Origin: Octopus sinensis
Taxonomy: Eukaryota
Length of the DNA: 64,000 bases
Direction: 5' to 3'
NCBI RefSeq assembly: GCF_006345805.1
Contig: NC_043003.1
Span: 65,286,001 to 65,350,000 of the forward strand
Numbering within the stretch: the stretch's first letter is position 1; each line of letters starts with the position of its first letter. Made by a program: the position numbers and the translations under genes. The notes below the pieces were generated by a model. The model saw only the letters and a list, made by a program, of their open reading frames with translations, did not search any database and was not told the origin of the DNA. Shown here one piece after another: positions 1 to 13,538 of the stretch.

Positions 1-148
1 GCAGAAGTTCGGCATTACCTTCTGCCGGAGCCGCGTGGAGCTTAGGTGTTTCGCTCATAAACACACACATCGCCCGGTCTGAGATTCGAACCCGCGATCC
101 CCCAACTGCGAGCCCGCTGCTCTAACCACCTAGGCCATGTACCTTCAC
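1..148 (-). mobile_element. tRNA-derived SINE, 5' part (octopus OR-like, tRNA-Arg-like head)
   Basis: Reverse complement reads GTGAAGGTACATGGCCTAGGTGGTTAGAGCAGCGGGCTCGCAG...GGGTTCGAATCTC (box A/B, TCG anticodon-like loop), then the same body as 39583-39966; runs off the window edge. Confidence 0.85.
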
Positions 149-795
149 ATCTAAATAAACTTAATATGTATAATTTAGTGTGTGTTAACCAAGGTGACCA
201 CCGCTGATTTAGAAAAGCCAGTTATTAATAGGTTCCGGAAAATAGCGTTGTAGCAATATTGTGCGCTGCTTCTTAAAGTTTGAAATAGAGTTAACTGGAC
301 CTAACTGGAGATAACCAGAGCTAACCAGAGCAGATCGGATCTTCACTCACAACAAAGAAAAATACAATTTTCATGTCATGAAATCTTATGGCGGAATAAA
401 ATTGAAAACATAATTGAAATTGGTACCATAATAAAACAATTTGGTGTGTTACACTGGCTGGAACTTTAACAATGGGAAGCGAAATTAAAAACATTTAGCA
501 GCAATTTTACCATAATGGAAGAAATATGTGTGATATACTTTAAACAACATTAAAAATAGAAGAAAACGTCATGAGACCCTTTAATATAATGAAATAATGT
601 GATAGTGATCTACAAATTTATTAAAATAGAATTAGAATGTAGAATATTTCTCTGGGTTCCAATTAGTCTTACCAATATACATGAAAATAAGTAGCATCGC
701 TGTCAGTGAAAGACAAGATTTTGAATCAGGAGGTAAGTCGCTGAAACAAATAACGCAAGCATTTCGACCGAAACGTTGAGGATTACACACACACA

Positions 796-835
<40 letters not shown>

Positions 836-883
836 CATGTGTACATGTGTGTTACATGTGTCTATATATATATATATGCAAAA

Positions 884-1113
884 GAGGCGAGCTGGCAGAA
901 GCGTTAGCGCGCTGGGCAAAATGCTTAGCGGTATTTCGTCTGTCGTTACGTTCTGAGTTCAAATTCTGCCGAGGTCGACTTTGCCGTTCATCCTTTCGGG
1001 GTCGATAAATTAAGTACCAGTTACGCACTGGGGTTAATGTAATCAACTTAATCCCTTTGTCTGTCCTTGTTTGTCCCCTCCATGTTTAGCCCCTTGTGGG
1101 CAGTAAAGAAATA
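884..1113 (+). mobile_element. SINE-B (tRNA-like head, GTCGACTTTGCCTTTCATCCTTTCGGGGTCGATAAA core)
   Basis: Near-identical to 12641-12872 and about 10 other copies in the window; box B-like GAGTTCAAAT; tail GTGGGCAGTAAAGAAATA. Confidence 0.9.
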
Positions 1114-1273
1114 TATATCCAAACGCAGACACACACACACACACACACACAACACACAACACATACACGCACATATATCTAAACTTGCACATCTGTATAC
1201 TTACATGCAATCTGTATGTGTATATATTTGTATCTGCGTATACACACACACATACACAAATATATATATAAAT

Positions 1274-1355
1274 ATGTATCTATCTATCTATCTCTCTATC
1301 TACCTACCTACATACCTACCTACCTACCTACCTACCTACCTACCACATACCCATC

Positions 1356-1415
<60 letters not shown>

Positions 1416-1523
1416 GGTCTCTATCCATCTATCTGTCTATCTATCTATTTATCTATCTACCTGTCTATCTATCTGTCTGTCTCTCTGTTTGTCTGCCTGT
1501 TTGTCTCTCTCTCTATCTATTTG

Positions 1524-1591
<68 letters not shown>

Positions 1592-1625
1592 CCGATCTAA
1601 TTATCTAAATATCAATCTATCTATC
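1274..1625. repeat. (TATC)n/(TACC)n/(TCTG)n compound microsatellite
   Basis: Directly visible. Confidence 0.95.
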
Positions 1626-3796
1626 TGTGAATTTATGTATATATGTGGGTGTATGCGTTTGTGCACGTATGTATGTAGGTATGCATGCGTGCATATGTGC
1701 GCATATATATTGCTAAATGCTTCATTGTTAGTGACTTGTTGCCTCGCATTTCTGAGCAGAACATACATTAATCTATTTCTGTTGCATTTATATAGCAGAA
1801 ATTGTACGAGTAATTGTATTATCTTCCCAACGTCATATCTCATAACAATTTTTTGTTTTTGTATATAAAATTCACTATATTACCCATTCAGAATATCACC
1901 TAAAAATTTTAGCACATCACTTAAACACTGCATCACTCTAGTTTACCTTAAATATTGTCATTATCTGATCGATAAAATACCCACCCAATTTTGCCTGTAA
2001 ACTATGTGCATTAGCGCGAAGACACATATAATGCAACCAGATTTTACGAAGGAAATTAAACTGCGCACAAAAAAAGAAGATAAACACATACATCCATACG
2101 AAATAAACGTATGGATTATAGGCCCCATATATCTTTAATGCAACAGAAGACTCCATAAAACGTTATAGATGGGTTTTTTTCAAAAATCTTTTCAACAATT
2201 CTATGCAGTTTTTATTTATTTATCTTTTATACCCAGGGCGAGATACACGATGAAATTGGCTTCATATGTTCATGCTTATATATACTCAAATATTCACTGG
2301 AAAATTTTCTTCTCAAAAGGTTTTTTATGCAGGAACATACTAAAAATGTATTAGAGGTAACACAGCATCCAATAAGAATCCAATAAGCATCTATAGGTCA
2401 CGTACCACCAGGACTGGTATAGAATCTATTTCATCTTATCATCCATACTATACTTCATTTTATCAAATACCCTCGTGTTTTATAATACATTATCAACCCC
2501 TGCCTCGTTACAGTCGCCATATCTTACGATAAAGCTTACTACAACGGCACTTTAAACCGTGTACCGAATTCTCTTGTATCTAAACTTACAGAGCGGGTGT
2601 GGAATATTACTGGAAGCCAAGAGTACACAACGAACGATCCCACCCTGCCATACATGGAATGAATCATTTAGACTTAAGTTTTTTTGTCCTTAGGCCAGGC
2701 TTATCATCCGTGATGTTTGGAGATATAAAAACATTCTTTAATGGATTTCTCACGGAAAGTTATTAAAAAAATATTCTGTTTTACAGTTGAAAATTTTTCA
2801 AGTATTTAGAAAAATTTTGCTCACCATGTTTCGTTAATCATAGGTATTTCTGACGAAACAATTAATTATTCGATTTTTCAGAACCATATATACTCTAAAG
2901 TCTTTAGCTATAATTTTAAAAACCACCCTCTTGGGGTGAACTGTGCGTAAACTATTATTCTATGCAAAGTTTAATAATATACAGGTAGAAGGCTGAAAGA
3001 TTGGAAATTCCACTTCGATGGAATTTGAACTAAGGAGAGATCATACGGACTGCTGACGCTTACACTATGCTATCAATATAAGATTTCTTATTACAAATTC
3101 ATTGCCTGCATTTATACAAGCGTCACATTTGCGAGGTGGTGGGGTGGGATTAATATAGTGGAATATAGTATGCGACTGATTAGCAGAGTTGTTAGAGTGT
3201 CGGAATAGATAACGGTAATCGATTCGGCTCTATACACAGCGATTTCAAATCCTACACACATCACAATTGTTTCCCACACTTTCAGGATCGATAAATAAAG
3301 TCCTGTACTGGTTGTTGATTTCTTTTCTTTCTTTCAATCATTTTCCAGTTTGACTGCCTTTCACTCTTCAGAAAGATCTCCTGTGGCCCGACCTGTAAAT
3401 GTTTGGCTTCTGCTGAATCTAGAAATGTCCGGGACGCGCTGTATGTTACGGCTGTGCCCCTACGACTCCTTCAAATAATTAAGGGCTCAAAGAAAAAAGT
3501 AGTTGGTCATATTACTGTTATTACGTTATTACCTGATCAAAGCCATTGCACTCGTTACGATTACACCATTTTTAAAGACAGTGTACATATGATCACTTTA
3601 TTTCAATTGTCCTTCCATTTTAAAAAAGTTCTACACCGCAATATGAGGATGATTTCGCTGCTACCTTTAGCAATCAAGTGACACTGTGTACGATTTCTTC
3701 TACCGTTGCCTATTTCATGTTTATGTGAATCTCTGTCTCTTCCGTTCTCTTACTCCCTCTCACACACACGTTTTCGGCAGGTTTGTATGTATAGTA

Positions 3797-4668
3797 AAAG
3801 TTAAGTTAAGTTAATTTTTTGGCTCAAAAAGCAAAAAGCAAGGCCATGTAGGGGGACATGGAGTTATGTACAGGGCGGTGTTCATGGAAAGAGTTCAGGC
3901 CATTTGTGGTCAAGGGAGACTTCACTATCTCGTCCGGCAGCTTATTCCACGGATTCGCAACTCGGACGGAGAAAGCCCCTCTCCTTCGATTGAAATGAAA
4001 TTGTCGCAGATAGAGCTTTTCGGAGTGACCTCGCAGCCGACGTTCTGGAGCAGGAGTGAAGAACAGCTCTTTCGAGAGGTTACACATTCCGCTTATGATG
4101 TTGTGAGCAAGAATGAGATCACCACGGCGTCGTCGTTTTTCTAAAGAATAAAGGTCGAGCGTCTTCAGCCTTTCTTCATAAGACAAATGCTTGGGACCAA
4201 GAACCATGCGGGTAGCCAGCTTCTGAACTCTTTCGAGATGATGTATGTCTTTGAGGAGATAAAGAGAAGAGGCTTGAATCCCGTACTCCAATATGGGTCT
4301 CACCAGCGTGACATAGAGCGGTAGGAATATGGCTGCTGTGAGCATTCCGAATGACCGTCGAATCAAAAACAGAACTCCGCGTGCTTTGTTGGCAGCATGG
4401 ACCCACTGGGTCGAAGGCGAAAAAAAAAATCCACCAAGATACCCAGGTCCTTTACCTGGTCGGTCCTCTCCAGCAGCAGACGACCTGGCTCGAAATCAAG
4501 TTGAGTTGCAGGAGGAGAGCCAACAGGCAGATGACAGCACGTTCAGACATAGGTCCCATTCGTTAGACCATCTCCAGACTTAGTGGAGGCATCGACGAAG
4601 ATCCTCTATATCACCGCGAGGAGCGACCAGTTTGACATCATCGGCAAATAGAAGGGTGTGTTGCGTGT
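3797..4668 (-). mobile_element. 5'-truncated CR1/L2-group LINE (RT C-terminus and 3' tail), frameshifted
   Basis: Minus strand has FADDVKL near 4630-4650 and ORF 3824-4366 with LYVTLVRPILEY...LERVQKLATRMV...SYEERLKTLDLYSLEKRRRRGDLI; ends in a (TTAAC)n tail near 3800. Confidence 0.9.
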
Positions 4669-5455
4669 TGTGTATGTATGTATGTATGTATGTATGTATG
4701 TATGTATGTATGTATGTATGTATATATGTGTGTGTATGTGTGTGTGTGTATGTATTATGTATGTATGCATGTATGTCTGTATATGCAAGTGTATTTGAGT
4801 GTGTATGAATGTGTGTGAGTGTGTGTGAGTGAGTGTGAGTGTGTGTATGTGTGTGTGTGTATGTATGTATATATGTATATGAGAATATGTATGAGTGTGT
4901 CTATGTATGTATGTCTATATGTACGTATATATGCATATGCGAAAGTGTATAAGTGTGTGTGTATGTGTGTGTGTGTATGTGTGTGTGTATGTATGTATGT
5001 ATGTATGTATATGTGAGAGTGTATGTATGTATATGTGAGAGTGTATGTATGTATATATGTATATGCGAATAGGTATGAGTGTGTGTGTGTGTATGTATGT
5101 ACGTATATATGCATATACAAATGTGTATGAGCGTGTGTGTATGTATATATGTATATGAGAATATGTATGAGTGTGTGTGTGCATATATGTAAGTATATAT
5201 GCATATGCGAATGTGTATAAGTGTGTGTATGTAATTATGTATGTATATGCAGCTTCGTGTTTGTATCTGAGTATATGTGTGTATGTATATATGTATATGC
5301 GAATATGTATGAGTGTGTCTATGTATGTATGTCTATATGTACGTATATATGCATATGCGAAAGTGTATAAGTGTGTGTGTATGTATTTATGTATGTATAT
5401 GCAACTATGTGTTTGTGTCTGAGTATATGTGTGTGTATGTGTGTGTGTATGTGTG
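4669..5455. repeat. (TATG)n/(TG)n compound microsatellite with a duplicated ~100-bp internal block
   Basis: A block at about 4866-4965 recurs at about 5287-5385. Confidence 0.9.
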
Positions 5456-5910
5456 CCTGCCCGGGCACTCATGTAGTTGTGTTTGGCTTGTTACTGAGAT
5501 GAAGAACAAATGTTTGAAGCAAATTGTAACACCTTGCATCCTTCAATCCATCGAAGGTGCCTCTTTTCACATTTCTTTCGCTCTAACATTTCTGCTAATA
5601 TAAATGTTTATTCAAATACGAGTGTGGGTGTGTATATATTTGTTTTGTTGAGGAATCCGCCTACGCGCACATATCTGTGGAGTGTCACATTTTTTTTTTT
5701 TAACTGTTTTAATTCTTTTCCCTTCAAGTTTTACAAATATTTATCATAATCTAAATTCTGGCGTATTTCGGCCAAACGGAACAGCTGCGATTTTTTTTTT
5801 TTTTTGAAAAAAGATGATTCTTATCAAAAGTACTTCCAGGCTTTGGAAAGCGATGACAAGAACATGTGGCTCAACGGAAACCTTAGATTATATTCATTGC
5901 AACCAATCTT

Positions 5911-5985
5911 CTACTACTACTACTACTACTACTACCACAACCACCACCAACACCACCACTACCACCACTATCACCACCACCCCTA

Positions 5986-6033
<48 letters not shown>

Positions 6034-6079
6034 CAATAATAATAATAATAATAATAATAAGAAGAAGAAGAAGAAGAAG
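5911..6079. repeat. Chain of trinucleotide repeats (TAC)(CAC)(TAC)(AAT)(AAG)
   Basis: Directly visible. Confidence 0.95.
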
Positions 6080-6174
6080 ATTTTCAAATTTTGGTACAAG
6101 TTTGGGGAGGGTGTTCAAATTGTACCTATTTTATCGACCCCTGGAAGGAAGAATACAGAACGTGCTAAAAATTC

Positions 6175-6353
6175 TGTTCTATTCCCTTTATAGAAGCCCA
6201 AGTCTCACATACATTCATACATATAACACGAAGATAAACAAATAATGTGTAGGCGCATATATATATTCTGTTGTGAGTATATATATATATGAGTTTGCTT
6301 AATATATAGCTTGCTTAAGAACCACATGGTAAGTAGCTTGCTTATGAACCACG
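6175..6353 (+). repeat. 179-bp direct repeat, copy 1 (copy 2 at 10691-10869)
   Basis: TGTTCTATTCCCTTTATAGAAGCCC...GAACCACG; I see only 2 substitutions between the copies. Confidence 0.95.
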
Positions 6354-6369
6354 CTTCATCATCATCATC

Positions 6370-6423
<54 letters not shown>

Positions 6424-6430
6424 GTATTAA

Positions 6431-6786
6431 TAACAAGAGCACTCAGAGAGGCCAAACCTCCGCCAAGGCAACATCAACGTACTTTCAATGATTAACCTGA
6501 GATTGTTTTTATAATGTGAATATTTGAAATAAACTCGACTGCCCTCACACACGGGAACACTAAAAATTATCCAGACCGCTCTCAAAAATTAAATTAAAAA
6601 AACGGAAAGATAATCCAGAATGCTTGACAGATACCGGATCGATCCCAAAATCTAATCACATCATGCCACCACGAGGCCACTCGCCTCTGAAAATTTCATC
6701 TTATTCCATCCAGTGGTTCTTGAGATATCTTGTCCGCGGACAAACAAGCCAAAACAAAAAAAAAAGAACACGACTGAACAACATCA
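6431..6786 (+). mobile_element. Probable Helentron-associated (DINE-1/HINE-like) non-autonomous element, 3' end missing
   Basis: Starts AACAAGAGCACTCAGAGAGGCCAAACCTCCGCCAAGGC; contains AAATTTCATC...CCATCCAGTGGTTCTTGAGATATC...GGACAAACAA, a layout typical of such elements; recognised by pattern only. Confidence 0.5.
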
Positions 6787-6809
6787 ACAATAATAATAAT
6801 AATATCCCA

Positions 6810-7410
6810 TAATAAAAACAGGTAGGAACACAAACCACTTCCAATGCTTGAAAATATCCACATCTCACTCCTCTGGAACTTCACCGTTCAAACTGACAGA
6901 AAGATAGATGCGAATAAGCTAGACAGTACATTGAAAGACTTCAGACAAAAATCATGCCACCTCATTGATATGACTGTTCCAATCGCTACAAATGTAGCTG
7001 TCAATACCTACCAAAAACTGAGCAAGTAAAAAGATTTTGAAATAGAAACTGACAAAATGTAGAACATCAAGACTAGAACGATACATGTTGTCATAGGAAC
7101 ATTGAGAATAATGGCAAAAGGGGATGATTGCTACGTAGCACAGATACCAGGAAACCCCAAAATGGCAGAAATTCAAACGATAGTGCTCATGCGAACAGCC
7201 CATATCCTGCGTAAAATATTGTCTATGTAATCTCAAATTTCATAAGAAACTTATAAATTTCTTATGCTTTTTTTCAACATTTTCTAGAACAATACTTTGT
7301 GCAAAACCAAATAGGCATAACTCCAACATGAACTTCTAGCTTGTCTCTTGATGTCTCTGGGTGAAACTTGGAGTCAAATTGTACAAGCAAAATGCAAGTC
7401 AAACATATAA
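6810..7410 (+). mobile_element. R4/Dong-like non-LTR element 3' end (restriction-like endonuclease region and 3' UTR), decayed
   Basis: LLWNFTVQTDRKIDANKLD...IDMTVP...QKLSK, then VVIGTL...IPGNPKMAEIQTIVLMRTAHILRKILSM*; flanked by (AAT)/(AAC) arrays. Confidence 0.8.
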
Positions 7411-7474
7411 CAACAACAGCAATAAGAATAACAATAATGATAACAATAATGATAATAATAATAATAACAACAAC

Positions 7475-8940
7475 ATGCTCTCGAAGGATATTTCTGTGTT
7501 AGATCGAAAAGAGAAGGGCAAGAAAGCGCTTGAAATTGGTAATGGAGGAACTCAAACAGCGCTTCGTTGCAAAGAAAACAAAGATGGTAAGATACGATCA
7601 AAGAATGAAGGGATACCAGTTAAATAGATTATCTAGAGTAGATCAGAAGAGATACTATAAAGAAATAAATGGAGAGTGTACAGATGAAAAGTTGATACCA
7701 GATAACATTGAAAGTCAAAGGTTTTGGAGTGACAATTGGACAAGGAGCACAAGGATACTGAATGGTTACAAGAACTGAAACAAACAGTAGTCTGACCAAA
7801 ACAGGCAGAACTAGTCATTTCCGTTTGTGAAGGAAATCAGCAGTAGTGAAGGTAATCAGCAAAAGCTAGGCAGCTGGAAGGTCCCGGGACCAGGTGGAGA
7901 TCAAGGCTACTGGATCAAAAGATTTGGTGAAATTCATGCCCGAATATCTTCACAAATCAACACCTTGTTGAATGCCGACCAAGTAACACCAGAGTCGTTG
8001 GCAACGGGTAGGACGCTGCTGCACTTGAAAAACATCGAAAAACGCCATACGGTAGAGAATTACAGGCTGATATCCTGCTTGCTACTTATGTGGAAATTAT
8101 TGACTGGAATAGTCGCAGAGTCAATGTATGGACAACTAGAAAAAGATGAATTCCTGCCACACGAGCAGAAGGGTTGCAAGCTTAAGTGCAGAAGTACCAG
8201 AGATCAACTCCTGGTAGACAAAACTGTACTTAGAGACTGCAAGAGGAGGAAAACTAACTTAGCCATGTCATAGATCGGTTAACGTAAGGCATACGATATA
8301 ATCCCACAGTCTTGGATTATGGAATGTATGAACCTATTTGGTATTGCATCGAATGTTGAGCGATTGCTTGGAATAAATATGGCGTAATGGAGGACGGATC
8401 TGACAGAATATGGAAGAAGTTTAGATACAATAAAAATCAGGAGAGGCATCATTCAAGGGAACGCCTTCCGCACTGATATTTGTACTGTACATGATACCAC
8501 TAATACTGATTCTGAGGAAAGCAAAAACTGGGTATGAATCCAGGTGCCGCCAACAAAATGTCAACCACTTATTATTCATGGATAGCCTCAAGCTTTATGG
8601 TAAATATGAAGCCCAAATTAGTTATCTCGTTGATATGGTGTATACTTTCAGTGCTGATATAAGAATGGAATTCGGACTGAAAATGTGTGGTGTGTTAGAC
8701 TAGTAGAGAGGCAGAATTATATGTATGTACGGTCAAGTGATACCGTCGGGGAAGATTTTGAAGCAAATAAAACAGACGAACTTCAAGTTGTTGGAGATAT
8801 TGGAAATGGATAAATTGCTGGAGAAAGAAATAACAGAAAAATTTAAGGTGGAATTCTTGCTCAGACTGAGACTGATCCTTAAGTCGAAATTAAACGGACG
8901 GAATAAGACTGAAGCTTACGATATCTGGGCGGTTTACCTC
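7475..8940 (+). mobile_element. R4/Dong-like reverse transcriptase fragment (pseudogenised)
   Basis: ORFs 7530, 7827, 8491 and 8725 give WKVPGPGGDQGYWIK, NYRLISCL, EQKGC...RDQLLVDK, NHLLFMDSLKLYG and RLRLILKSKLNGRNK; stops and frameshifts present. Confidence 0.9.
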
Positions 8941-9019
8941 AACACTCGCCTGGTGTTAGTATGTTTGTGTTTCGTTAAAATTTTCTGAGGATTTCTATTT
9001 TCTGCCACATTTTATGATC

Positions 9020-9670
9020 TTGTTGGTGTGTATACCTTTCTCATCCCCAGACAGAAGCAATGTGATGATTGCTCTTGCTTTTGTGGTTTTAGACAGAGTT
9101 TAGATGTCTTGCAGCATTGACTGACTGGCCCGAAATTTGGAGGTAGCTCCCATCCACCTTTGCATGAACCCCTTTGCACAGCGTCTCCATTCCCTCTACT
9201 CGAGTCATAACAAAGTTCTAAACCAAAAGCAGACAGTACAGTCAAACTGGAAGCACCATTCTTTGAACCATCCAAGAAGCCGACTATATTCAATTGCCTT
9301 TAAGCAGTTGTCTTGCTGGATTTCGGTATTTTCCGGTTTATCAATATCTCTTGCGGTATTTTCTAACGTCATTTTCCCCAAAGCAGCGGACTCTTTTTCT
9401 TTTTGATTGCCGGAATCCCAGAGCCCTGAATGTTGATGATGTCATTTTCCAGCTATCTATTTCACCGGGTTGAACTTCAAGAGTGACCACGTGGCCATCT
9501 TTTCCAGTGAGATCAGTGTCAGCTCTGCTCCTTCTATTGATGGTGTCGTCACCGTAATGTCGTCAATGAACGACCTATAAGTTAAATTTCAACTGTTTCC
9601 GTGAACGCCGAGATCTCCCAACAGATTTCCTGCTTCTTCTAACAGTATATTCAAGGCTAGCACAAACAGC
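9020..9670 (-). mobile_element. HERO-like non-LTR RT fragment, decayed
   Basis: My minus-strand translation gives LFVLALNILL...RSFIDDITVTTPS...LEKMATWSLLKFNP and IEYSRLLGWFKEWCFQ, resembling HERO RT motifs (RAFMDDLTVTT, LPGKFKAW). Confidence 0.65.
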
Positions 9671-9676
9671 ACCAAT

Positions 9677-9835
9677 TGTTTCAGTCATTAGATTGTGGCC
9701 ATGCTTGGGAATCGTCTTGAAGAATTTTTAATCGAATGAGTCCATACAAGAATTTATTATTTCAAGCTTGATACTTATACCGACGACGTCCCTTGCTGAA
9801 CTGCTAAGTCACGGTGCTTAAACACATCAACACCA
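9677..9835 (-). mobile_element. SINE-A 3' half, diverged
   Basis: TTGTTTCAGTCATTAGATTGTGGCCATGC is the reverse complement of the SINE-A tail. Confidence 0.75.
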
Positions 9836-9913
9836 CCCACACACTCAGATCTATCTATCTATCTATCTATCTATCTAACTATCTATCTATCTATCTATCT
9901 ATCTACATACATT

Positions 9914-10011
<98 letters not shown>

Positions 10012-10690
10012 CGCCGGCTTCCTTACAATTTCCCAATGATACTTGATGGCGGTGGTTACGATACTGATTGGTTTTCTCATATATTGCCGACGTAGTTCTC
10101 TTGTTATATATTTACGACTATTCGAAAAAAATCTGTTGCTGAAAACACAAAAAATTATTTGATGTATCTGAGCTACAGGTGTTATATTTCACCTCTGTAT
10201 ATTAAGGACAGTAGACTTCGTACAGAATGTGCATCGTGTGTCGATTCAAGAATTTTCTTTGTGAGGACACAGTAGGATACACCTCCTCAAGTAACAAACC
10301 CAATACTGATTTCTATATCATTCTTGGTTGCATTGCTTGATACTTTGGAGAGTTTCGAGCTAAAAAAATGTTCTACGCATAAACACACACATACAGACGA
10401 GCGCACACAGACACACACACAGGCACACAAACACACACAAATATATATATGTTCGTTTACCTGTGCATATGTGTTCATATATCTTCACGTGTATATTGTA
10501 ATGAAAACACTTTTACATTCAATTGAGAGATTACGAATACATTTTCTATTGTGTACAAATTTATTATTATTTAAAAAGAGTAGTATTGCTAGTGACTTCG
10601 AAGTCAATATTCTTTTAAAAGAACTATAGACGTATATATGGCATTTCTAGCATAGATCTGTCCATAACCCCTTACGTCATAGCGAATCGA

Positions 10691-10869
10691 TGTTCTATTC
10701 CCTTTATAGAAGCCCAAGTCTCACATACATTCATACATATAACACGAAGATAAACAAATAATGTGTAGGCGCATATATATATTCTGTTGTGAGTATATAT
10801 ATATATGAGTTTGCTTAATATATAGCTTGCTTAAGAACCACATAGTAAGTAGCTTGCTTACGAACCACG
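10691..10869 (+). repeat. 179-bp direct repeat, copy 2
   Basis: Matches 6175-6353; its 3' part is the head of the SINE-A copy that follows. Confidence 0.95.
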
Positions 10870-11010
10870 TTGCAAGTAGTTTGCTTACGAACCACATGGC
10901 TCCGGGTTCAGTCCCACCACGTGGCAACTTGGGCAAGTGTCTTCTATTGCCTCGGGCCGACCAAAGCCTTCTAAATGGATCTGGTAGACGGAGTCTAAAA
11001 GAAGCCTGTC

Positions 11011-11080
<70 letters not shown>

Positions 11081-11230
11081 CATGTGTGTGTGTGTATGTT
11101 TGTGTCTGTGTTTGTCCGCCCAACATCGTTCGGCAAAAAGACCGATAGAATAAGTCCTGGGTCGATTTGCTCGGCTAAAGGCGGTGGTCCAGCATGGCCA
11201 CAGTCAAATGACTGAAGCAAGTAAAAGAGT
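10824..11230 (+). mobile_element. SINE-A (most abundant SINE here; internal (TA)n/(TG)n)
   Basis: GGGTTCAGTCCC box B-like head with a triplicated 27-bp segment, GGGCAAGTGTCTTCT core, tail GGCGGTGGTCCAGCATGGCCACAGTCAAATGACTGAA. Confidence 0.9.
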
Positions 11231-11261
11231 AAAACAGTATATATATATACATATAAACATA

Positions 11262-12082
11262 CGAAGTGTACCCAAAAGAATTAATCGAACCGTTCTCTGT
11301 AGGAGTAGAATAAGCCCGTTGTAGTTCAGGCTTCCAGCTGCTAGAAGCCACCTGATGCAACCCTCTGTGATCAGTATGTCGACTGGCGTCGCCAAGTGTA
11401 GTCCTACAGGCGCGTGGTGTGTCTTTGCTTTGCAGTGCTTCTGTCCCGTGCATCAATATTTGAGATGGATGAAACGAAGGAACAGCGTGGCTCCGTGAAA
11501 TTCTGTCTGCTGCTGGAGAAAACGGCGGCCGAAACAGTTGTCATGCTTCAAACAGCTTACAAGGATACTACCATAAGCAAGACCCAAATTTACGAGTGGT
11601 GTTTACGCTTTAGAAATGGTCACTTGTCGGTGGAATCCCAACCCCGTTCCGGGGGCTCGTCAACCTCCCGATCGAAGGACTGTTGCGGAGCAATTGATGA
11701 ATTTTAAGCCAGACATTGCAAATGAAAGGAGATTCATTAAAATTTGTGCCTCGCTTGGTCACGGAATATAAAAAGCATTCATAACTGAATATTTGCCGTG
11801 AAGTGAAAGAACAGTTGGAAGTTGATCCGGACCTTTTTTCGAAGGTCATCAATGGTGATGAAAAATGGTGCTACGGAATTTGCAAATGTGGAAGAGGTGA
11901 ACAAAAAACACGACGGAGGCATCAAAAACACTCACTTTAAAAGATTTGAAGCACTGCTTCGAAAGCACGTGCGGACCGATGCATTGCTTGAAATGGAGAT
12001 TACTTTGAAGGCGATAAAAGTGTAAACATGTAAAACTGAGTAAATAAAATAATATTGCAAAATTTCTTTTGGCTACCCCTCG
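11262..12082 (+). mobile_element. Internally deleted mariner element with TIRs and TA duplication
   Basis: TA-CGAAGTGTACCCAAAAGA ... TCTTTTGGCTACCCCTCG-TA; ORF 11414-11707 is a mariner N-terminal HTH (EQRGSVKFC...IYEWCLRFRNG...PRSG); most of the catalytic domain is missing. Confidence 0.9.
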
Positions 12083-12243
12083 TATATACATATATACATA
12101 TATATATATGTGTGTGTGTGTGTGTATGGGTGTGTATATGTGTGTGTGTTTGTATATATGTATGTGTTTGTATGTATATATGTATAGGTGTACTTATATA
12201 TGTATAAATGTATTTATATATGTATAAGTGTATATATATATAT

Positions 12244-12294
<51 letters not shown>

Positions 12295-12640
12295 TTACAT
12301 TATATAAAAGGGCTTAGTAAAATAAATTACTTTGCCGCATACTGAACTCGTTAGAAATAGCAGCTAAAAAAACTTTTTATAAAACTATTTCTAACACTTA
12401 AAGAAAACCTCTCTCATATAGTGTTTGCTCAATTCAACTCAAGAAAGTATGTGGGTAGAGACATTACCCTCAATTGTTGAAATATATATATATATATATA
12501 TAAATGTTTTGCGTTCTTGTTCTAGTTTGTGATTTTTTACATTTACCTATTATATGGCGACGCCCGTACCCCCTTTGATATTGTATGTAAAATACATTTT
12601 CTCTTTAATACATGGTACGACTCTATAACACTGTCTCTCT

Positions 12641-12872
12641 AGGCGGCGAGCTGGCAGACACGTTAGCGCGCCGAGAGAAATGCTTAGCGGTATTTCGTCT
12701 GTCGTTATGTTCTGAGTTCAAATTCCGCCGAGGTTGACTTTGCCTTTCATCCTTTTGGGGTCGATAAATTAAGTACCAGTTTCGCACTGGGGTCAATGTA
12801 ATTGACTTAATTCGTTTGTCTGTCCTTGTTTGTCCCCTTGATGTTTAGCCCCTAGTGGGCAGTAAAGAAATA
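12641..12872 (+). mobile_element. Full-length SINE-B with 17-bp target site duplication
   Basis: TATAACACTGTCTCTCT at 12624-12640 and 12873-12889. Confidence 0.95.
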
Positions 12873-12879
12873 TATAACA

Positions 12880-12914
<35 letters not shown>

Positions 12915-13029
12915 CCTCTCCTACATTTCTCTGCCTTTCACACTTTGCACTCCACTTTGACCAATCTCTTTCTCTCTCTCTATCCTCCTCCTGCTTTGTT
13001 CCTTGTTCCACTTTTTTTCTCTTTTCCTC

Positions 13030-13538
13030 TGTCCCGCTTTTCTCCCCTCTCTTCTCACACGTGACTAACTTTGGACTGCTGTCCTGCCTTTTCGTGATCA
13101 ACGGCGGTATAAGCTAGACACATATTTTTCCTCTCTTCGCTTTCAGGCATTTTTTCAATGCGCCAGCTCAAGTTCACCCGTCCTGTCGAAAAGACGCCTG
13201 TCTGTAACGTCCTGTTTTTGTTATTATTATCATTATTGGTTTTACGTATTTTCGTATTCTTATTCGTGGTATCATTATTAAATTTACGTATTTATGTATT
13301 CTTATTCGTTCCCGTCCTTGTTTTGTATACATTCGAGGCTTTCTTCCAAGGAATCTAATGCGCTTGGCTTAGATTTTCCTTTGAGGCTGGCCAGGTCGGA
13401 GCAATCTCAAGATTAATCAGCCGAAATTGCGAAGATGATACGGTTCTTAACTGAAGATCGAAGGCTTCGAATGTCCCGTTCGTTTTTTTTGTATCGTTTG
13501 TTTTGCGTTCTTGTCCCAGTTTGTGTTTTTTACATTTA

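Noticed and set aside
640-740. Open frame ending at GAG/GTAAGT
   Set aside because: Weak acceptor, upstream stops and no recognisable product.
2828-2861. CTGACGAAAC inside a short hairpin
   Set aside because: There is no stem II between the motifs; it is just a 10-bp inverted repeat.
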